From Candidatus Omnitrophota bacterium (GTDB lineage Bacteria > Omnitrophota > Gorgyraeia > Gygaellales > Profunditerraquicolaceae), in contig JAHJJA010000018.1 of NCBI GenBank assembly GCA_018822885.1, forward strand, positions 1 through 52,450: 52,450 nt of DNA, given 5' to 3'. Position 1 is the first letter of the stretch. Every line of letters begins with the position of its first letter. The position numbers and the translations under genes were made by a program. Shown piece by piece: positions 48,512-52,450 of the stretch. The notes beneath the pieces were generated by a model. That model was not told where the DNA came from. It was given only the letters and a program-made list of their open reading frames with translations, and made no database searches.

Positions 48512-48539
48512 ATTCTACATTAAATTCCGCACTGTTCAA
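48512..48539 (-). promoter_or_regulatory. Candidate sigma-70 promoter giving a leaderless transcript of the 644-aa gene
   Basis: Minus strand has TTGAAC (48539..48534), a 16-nt spacer, then TAGAAT (48517..48512). The ATG at 48505 follows 6 nt after the -10, with no Shine-Dalgarno sequence. Confidence 0.5.
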
Positions 48540-48540
48540 C

Positions 48541-48572
48541 AAAAAAACGCCCCTGCTAAAGGGGCGTTTTTT
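48541..48572 (-). terminator. Bidirectional intrinsic terminator after gdhA
   Basis: The plus strand reads aaaaaaa-CGCCCCT-gctaa-AGGGGCG-tttttt, so the stem is flanked by A and T runs. Confidence 0.85.
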
Positions 48573-48594
48573 CGGTTTAAATACGGGTATTGGT

Positions 48595-49932
48595 TTAAAC
48601 AAGACCCTGATCAAGCATGGCGTCTGCGACTTTGACAAATCCGGCGATATTCGCGCCGTTTACATAATTGATGTGATTGCCATCCTTGCCGTATTTTACA
48701 CACTGCTCATGGATTGCGACCATGATCCCGTGAAGTTTGTTATCAACCTCTTCGCGCGACCAGGAGAAACGCATGCTATTCTGAGACATCTCAAGTCCGC
48801 TAGTTGCAACGCCTCCTGCGTTAGCGGCCTTACCGGGAGCATAAAGAATCTTGGCCTTCTGAAATACCTCTACGCCTTCCGGTGTCGTGGGCATATTCGC
48901 TCCTTCTCCTATCGCAATACAACCATTCTTCACCAGAGTTTTAGCGTCAGACTCATCTATCTCGTTTTGAGTAGCGCTTGGGAAAGCGATGTCGCACTTA
49001 ACACTCCATGGTTTCTTATTTTCAACATATTTGCATTTGAATTCGTTTGCGCAATCCTTGATCCTGCCGCGGCGAACATTCTTCAAATCCATGACGCAGG
49101 CCAATTCCTTTTTATCAAGCCCGCCTTCATCATGAATAAAGCCGTTAGAGTCAGACAAGGTAACGACCTTAGCCCCCAACTCAAGCAGCTTTTCCACGGT
49201 ATACTGGGCAACGTTTCCCGAACCGGAAACCGCGCAAATCTTTCCCTTTAAAGACTCTCCCTTTGTCTTTAACATCTCCTGCACGAAATAAACACAGCCA
49301 TACCCTGTGGCTTCCGGCCTGATCAGGCTTCCGCCCCAGTTCAACCCTTTTCCGGTCAAGACTCCGGTAAATTCATTACGCAGCCTTTTATACTGTCCGT
49401 ACATAAAACCTATTTCTCTGCCCCCTACCCCGATATCTCCGGCAGGAACATCAGTATCCGGGCCTATATGCCTTGAGAGCTCCGTCATAAAACTCTGACA
49501 GAAACGCATTACCTCATTATCTGACTTTCCTTTAGGATCAAAATCAGAGCCACCCTTACCTCCACCCATCGGAAGCGTAGTCAAACTGTTTTTGAATACC
49601 TGTTCAAATGCCAGGAATTTTAGAATCCCTAAATTCACGCTAGGATGAAACCTCAAGCCGCCTTTATAGGGCCCGATTGCGCTATTCATCTCAATACGGT
49701 AACCGCGGTTTACTTGGATCTCTCCAGAATCATCAAGCCATGGCACTCGAAACATTATCACGCGCTCCGGCTCCACCATCCGCTCAAGTATTTTTCCTTC
49801 CTGGTACCTAGGATTCTTCTCGATATACGGCATTACCGATTCCGCGACTTCTCGCACCGCCTGATGGAATTCTTTTTGCTCCGGGTTTTTTTCAATCACC
49901 TTATTCATAAAATCTGCTATCTTCTTTGACAT
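48595..49932 (-). CDS. gdhA: NADP-specific glutamate dehydrogenase
   Basis: Shows the GGGKGG motif and typical GDH sequence throughout. Start placed at the ATG at 49932, preceded by GGGAGGAAAGC. Confidence 0.9.
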   Translation of the reverse strand: MSKKIADFMNKVIEKNPEQKEFHQAVREVAESVMPYIEKNPRYQEGKILERMVEPERVIMFRVPWLDDSGEIQVNRGYRIEMNSAIGPYKGGLRFHPSVNLGILKFLAFEQVFKNSLTTLPMGGGKGGSDFDPKGKSDNEVMRFCQSFMTELSRHIGPDTDVPAGDIGVGGREIGFMYGQYKRLRNEFTGVLTGKGLNWGGSLIRPEATGYGCVYFVQEMLKTKGESLKGKICAVSGSGNVAQYTVEKLLELGAKVVTLSDSNGFIHDEGGLDKKELACVMDLKNVRRGRIKDCANEFKCKYVENKKPWSVKCDIAFPSATQNEIDESDAKTLVKNGCIAIGEGANMPTTPEGVEVFQKAKILYAPGKAANAGGVATSGLEMSQNSMRFSWSREEVDNKLHGIMVAIHEQCVKYGKDGNHINYVNGANIAGFVKVADAMLDQGLV

Positions 49933-50009
49933 GCTTTCCTCCCTGCCTGACATAGGCTTGTTTTAACTAACCTCGTCCATCGGCTGACTTTGCCGACAAT
50001 TGCAACTGC

Positions 50010-51431
50010 TTATTTCTTGAAAAGGTAATCAATGATCGCCTGCGATGCCCTTTTCGCCATTCCCATCGCCTCAATCACTGTGCCCTCTCCCCCTACAATA
50101 TCACCTCCCGCAAAAACTCCGCTTATAGAAGTTTCCATAGTTTCTTTATTTACGATAACATCCCCGTATTTATCGGTTTTTAAATCCGGAGTCACCTTGG
50201 TCAAAACCTGATTTGCCTTAAGCCCTATAGCGATTATTGCTATATCGCATTCTAACTGAAAATCGCTTCCGGGGATCGCTACCGGCCTTCTCCTGCCGGA
50301 CGAATCCGGCTCGCCCAATTGACACTGCAAGCTACGCAACTGCCGCACAAAACCTTTATCATCCCCAATAAATTCCTCAGGCTGGACTAAGAATTTAAAC
50401 TTTATTCCCTCTTCTTTGGCATGCTCGATCTCAAGCCTTCTGGCCGGCATCTGGACTTCTGTGCGCCGATAGACTATCGAGGTATCCGCGGCTATACCAT
50501 TTAATTTCTGAAGCCGAAGTGCACAACGAGCCGCATCCATAGCGGTATTTCCTCCTCCGATGACTAAGATATGCTTGCCTATGTTTACTGGCGTATGAAA
50601 CTCGGGGAATTTATAGGCAGACATTAAATTCACGCGGGTCAAAAATTCATTGGCAGAATAGACATTACATAGATTTTCTCCCGGTATCCCCAGAAAAGAA
50701 GGAATACCCGCTCCCAAACCTAAAAATATCGCCGAATAACCTTCTGCAAAAAGTTCTTTGAGGCTGCGCACATTGCCGACAATGAAATTAGGGTTAATCT
50801 CCACCCCTAATTGTTTAAGGGAGTCTATTTCAAAATCAAGGATGTTCCGCGGGAGCCTAAAAGGAGGGATCCCGTACCTTAAAACCCCTCCGGTCTTATG
50901 CAGCCCTTCGAAAACTACTACTTTGATCCCCTTGCGCGCTAATTCTCCGGCGCAGCAAAGACCGGCTGGCCCAGAACCAACTACTGCAACCTTAAATCCG
51001 CAAAGACGACTATCCTTTTGCGCCGAAAGCTCAAGGCTGTTCTTCATCCCAAAATCTCCGACAAAACGCTCAAGAAAATGAATATTAATCGCCTGCTCCG
51101 AGGCAAAGGGAGAACCTTTTTTAGTCAAAACACAGCTGTTGCGACACTGATATTCCGCTGGGCAGACCCTGCCGCACATAGAAGGAAAATTATTTTTCTC
51201 ACGAATAATAGAATATGCTCCGGCATAATCTTTTTGGGTGATCTGAAAAACAAACTTCTTGATATCAATACCTACGGGGCAGCCGGAGGAACAAACCGGA
51301 TTTTTACATTGCAGGCAACGGGAAGCCTCAAGAAGCGCCTCTTCTTCAGAGTACCCTAAAGCGACCTCTTCAAAGTTACCTGCTCTCCTTAATGCATCGG
51401 CTTCTTTAACTTTTATTGGTTCCTTTTTCAT
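50010..51431 (-). CDS. nfnB: GltD-like FAD/NAD(P)H oxidoreductase with two [4Fe-4S] motifs (NfnB / SudA type)
   Basis: 473 aa. N-terminal CLQCKNPVCSSGCPV and CGRVCP motifs followed by the VVGSGPAGL and VIGGGNTAMD dinucleotide folds. Confidence 0.65.
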   Translation of the reverse strand: MKKEPIKVKEADALRRAGNFEEVALGYSEEEALLEASRCLQCKNPVCSSGCPVGIDIKKFVFQITQKDYAGAYSIIREKNNFPSMCGRVCPAEYQCRNSCVLTKKGSPFASEQAINIHFLERFVGDFGMKNSLELSAQKDSRLCGFKVAVVGSGPAGLCCAGELARKGIKVVVFEGLHKTGGVLRYGIPPFRLPRNILDFEIDSLKQLGVEINPNFIVGNVRSLKELFAEGYSAIFLGLGAGIPSFLGIPGENLCNVYSANEFLTRVNLMSAYKFPEFHTPVNIGKHILVIGGGNTAMDAARCALRLQKLNGIAADTSIVYRRTEVQMPARRLEIEHAKEEGIKFKFLVQPEEFIGDDKGFVRQLRSLQCQLGEPDSSGRRRPVAIPGSDFQLECDIAIIAIGLKANQVLTKVTPDLKTDKYGDVIVNKETMETSISGVFAGGDIVGGEGTVIEAMGMAKRASQAIIDYLFKK

Positions 51432-51434
51432 AAT

Positions 51435-52262
51435 TTAGCCTAACTTAAGCTTGCAAATATGTTTTTCTTTATCTTCGTAAATCCTGTTCCTCTTTATCAA
51501 TTCATCCCAGTCTATTTCTTGGGCGTCAAATTCCGGACCGTCAACACAACTAAACTTGGTCACTCCTCCAACAGTAACCCGGCAACACCCGCACATTCCG
51601 GTCGCATCCACCATTAACGCGTTCAAGGAAACAATAGTCTTTATACCTAAATCCTTAGTAACTACCGCTGTCCTTTTCATCATCGGGATCGGCCCGACCG
51701 CATACACCAGGTCATATTTTGCTTTTTTAATAAGTCCGGCCAAGACATCGGTAGTAAAAGCCTTTCTCCCCAGAGTCCCGTCATCTGTAGTAATATAAAA
51801 TTCGTCGCAAACCGCCTTTAATTCATCCGCTAATATTAAAAGCTCTTTTGAGCGCGCCCCGATGATCACGGTTACGTGATTATCGGCATTCTTCATTGCG
51901 CGAGCAACCGGATAGATCTCAGCCAGGCCCACTCCGCCCCCGACTATAATCACATGCCCGTAATTTCTTATCTCTGTAGCATGGCCGAGAGGCCCTACCA
52001 ATGAATACAGGGAATCTCCGGGATTTAATCTTCCTAAAAGCTTGGTAGTCAAGCCTGCTTCCTGAAAGATCAAAGCAATAGCCCCCTTTACGGTATCTGT
52101 ATCCACAACCGTTAAAGGCACCCTCTCCCCAGCCTCATTTACCATAAGGGCGATGAACTGTCCCGGCCTTGCTTTCTTGGCAATATCCGGGGCGAAAACA
52201 TCAATGCGGCAAATCCTTGTATCTGAAGTATCGACTAAAACCTTTTTTTCTATTATTTTCAT
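51435..52262 (-). CDS. nfnA: Ferredoxin-NADP reductase-like FAD/[2Fe-2S] subunit (NfnA / SudB type)
   Basis: 275 aa. FNR-like fold with the C-terminal CGCCRV...C cluster motif, directly upstream of the GltD-like subunit. Confidence 0.65.
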   Translation of the reverse strand: MKIIEKKVLVDTSDTRICRIDVFAPDIAKKARPGQFIALMVNEAGERVPLTVVDTDTVKGAIALIFQEAGLTTKLLGRLNPGDSLYSLVGPLGHATEIRNYGHVIIVGGGVGLAEIYPVARAMKNADNHVTVIIGARSKELLILADELKAVCDEFYITTDDGTLGRKAFTTDVLAGLIKKAKYDLVYAVGPIPMMKRTAVVTKDLGIKTIVSLNALMVDATGMCGCCRVTVGGVTKFSCVDGPEFDAQEIDWDELIKRNRIYEDKEKHICKLKLG

Positions 52263-52306
52263 TGCTTATCCTGAAGAGTCCTGCCCATTATTTAGGCAGC
52301 CGTAGG

Positions 52307-52342
52307 TAAAAAAATAGACGTCCCCCTATATTTAGGGACGTC
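52307..52342 (-). terminator. Terminator-like hairpin in the nfnA leader
   Basis: Minus strand reads GGACGUCCCU-AAAUAU-AGGGGGACGUC followed by UAUUUUUUU. It lies about 45 nt upstream of the nfnA ATG. Confidence 0.5.
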
Positions 52343-52387
52343 CTTGTCCTTAAATCCATGCTTTTTTGTCAAAATCTGTGTTTTCAA

Positions 52388-52416
52388 ATAATAATACAAA
52401 AAGTGGTTTTCGTCAA
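52388..52416 (-). promoter_or_regulatory. Candidate sigma-70 promoter upstream of the nfnA leader
   Basis: Minus strand has TTGACG (52416..52411), a 17-nt spacer, then TATTAT (52393..52388). Confidence 0.4.
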
Positions 52417-52450
52417 GAAGAAAATCTTTTTTGTTTTTACTTTAGCGGTC

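Overview
The window is a 52.4-kb chromosomal segment from a moderately AT-rich bacterium. I call 48 protein-coding genes (46 on the minus strand, 2 on the plus strand) and a three-gene tRNA cluster (Lys-UUU, Leu-UAG, Gly-GCC).

The content is almost entirely housekeeping:
- a sulfur-mobilisation and cysteine/homocysteine cluster (Rrf2 regulator, cysK, NifU-like, DUF39/COG1900, NIL-ferredoxin, LarE-like PP-loop ATPase, nifS) followed by birA
- malQ, pilD and aroE
- an ilvD-ilvB-ilvN-ilvC-leuA block
- fba-pfkA-ahcY-metK
- a permease-less regulatory PTS (ptsI, ptsH, yvcK-like, ptsN)
- rpsB-tsf-pyrH-frr
- msbA / Gfo-Idh-MocA oxidoreductase / lpxB
- an M48 protease, an L27-like protein, a beta-CASP RNase, a TVP38 membrane protein and a DUF1846 protein
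- carA, a half-size carB and pyrG
- an HD-GYP protein with a large uncharacterised partner
- gdhA and nfnAB-like genes

I see no CRISPR array, transposase, integrase, prophage or recognisable defence cassette, and no protein-coding novel system.

The signal that ordinary annotation does not explain is in the intergenic DNA:
1. A fold-back repeat of about 175 nt, present twice, with compensatory base changes.
2. A bipartite two-hairpin element, present three times, with three different Watson-Crick pairs at one stem position.
3. A 46-bp inverted repeat enclosing a 202-bp GC-rich multi-hairpin core next to a GC-rich TonB-dependent receptor gene.
4. A recurring helix module in which GAGCGA faces GAGCGA, which could form tandem sheared G.A pairs.
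5. Short direct repeats of tRNA ends that bracket structured inserts in the tRNA cluster.

Several genes (metK, pyrG, nfnA) sit directly behind intrinsic-terminator-like hairpins, with no room for a separate promoter at metK and pyrG. This suggests attenuation. All functional readings of these RNA-like elements are inference and need genome-wide and transcriptomic checks.
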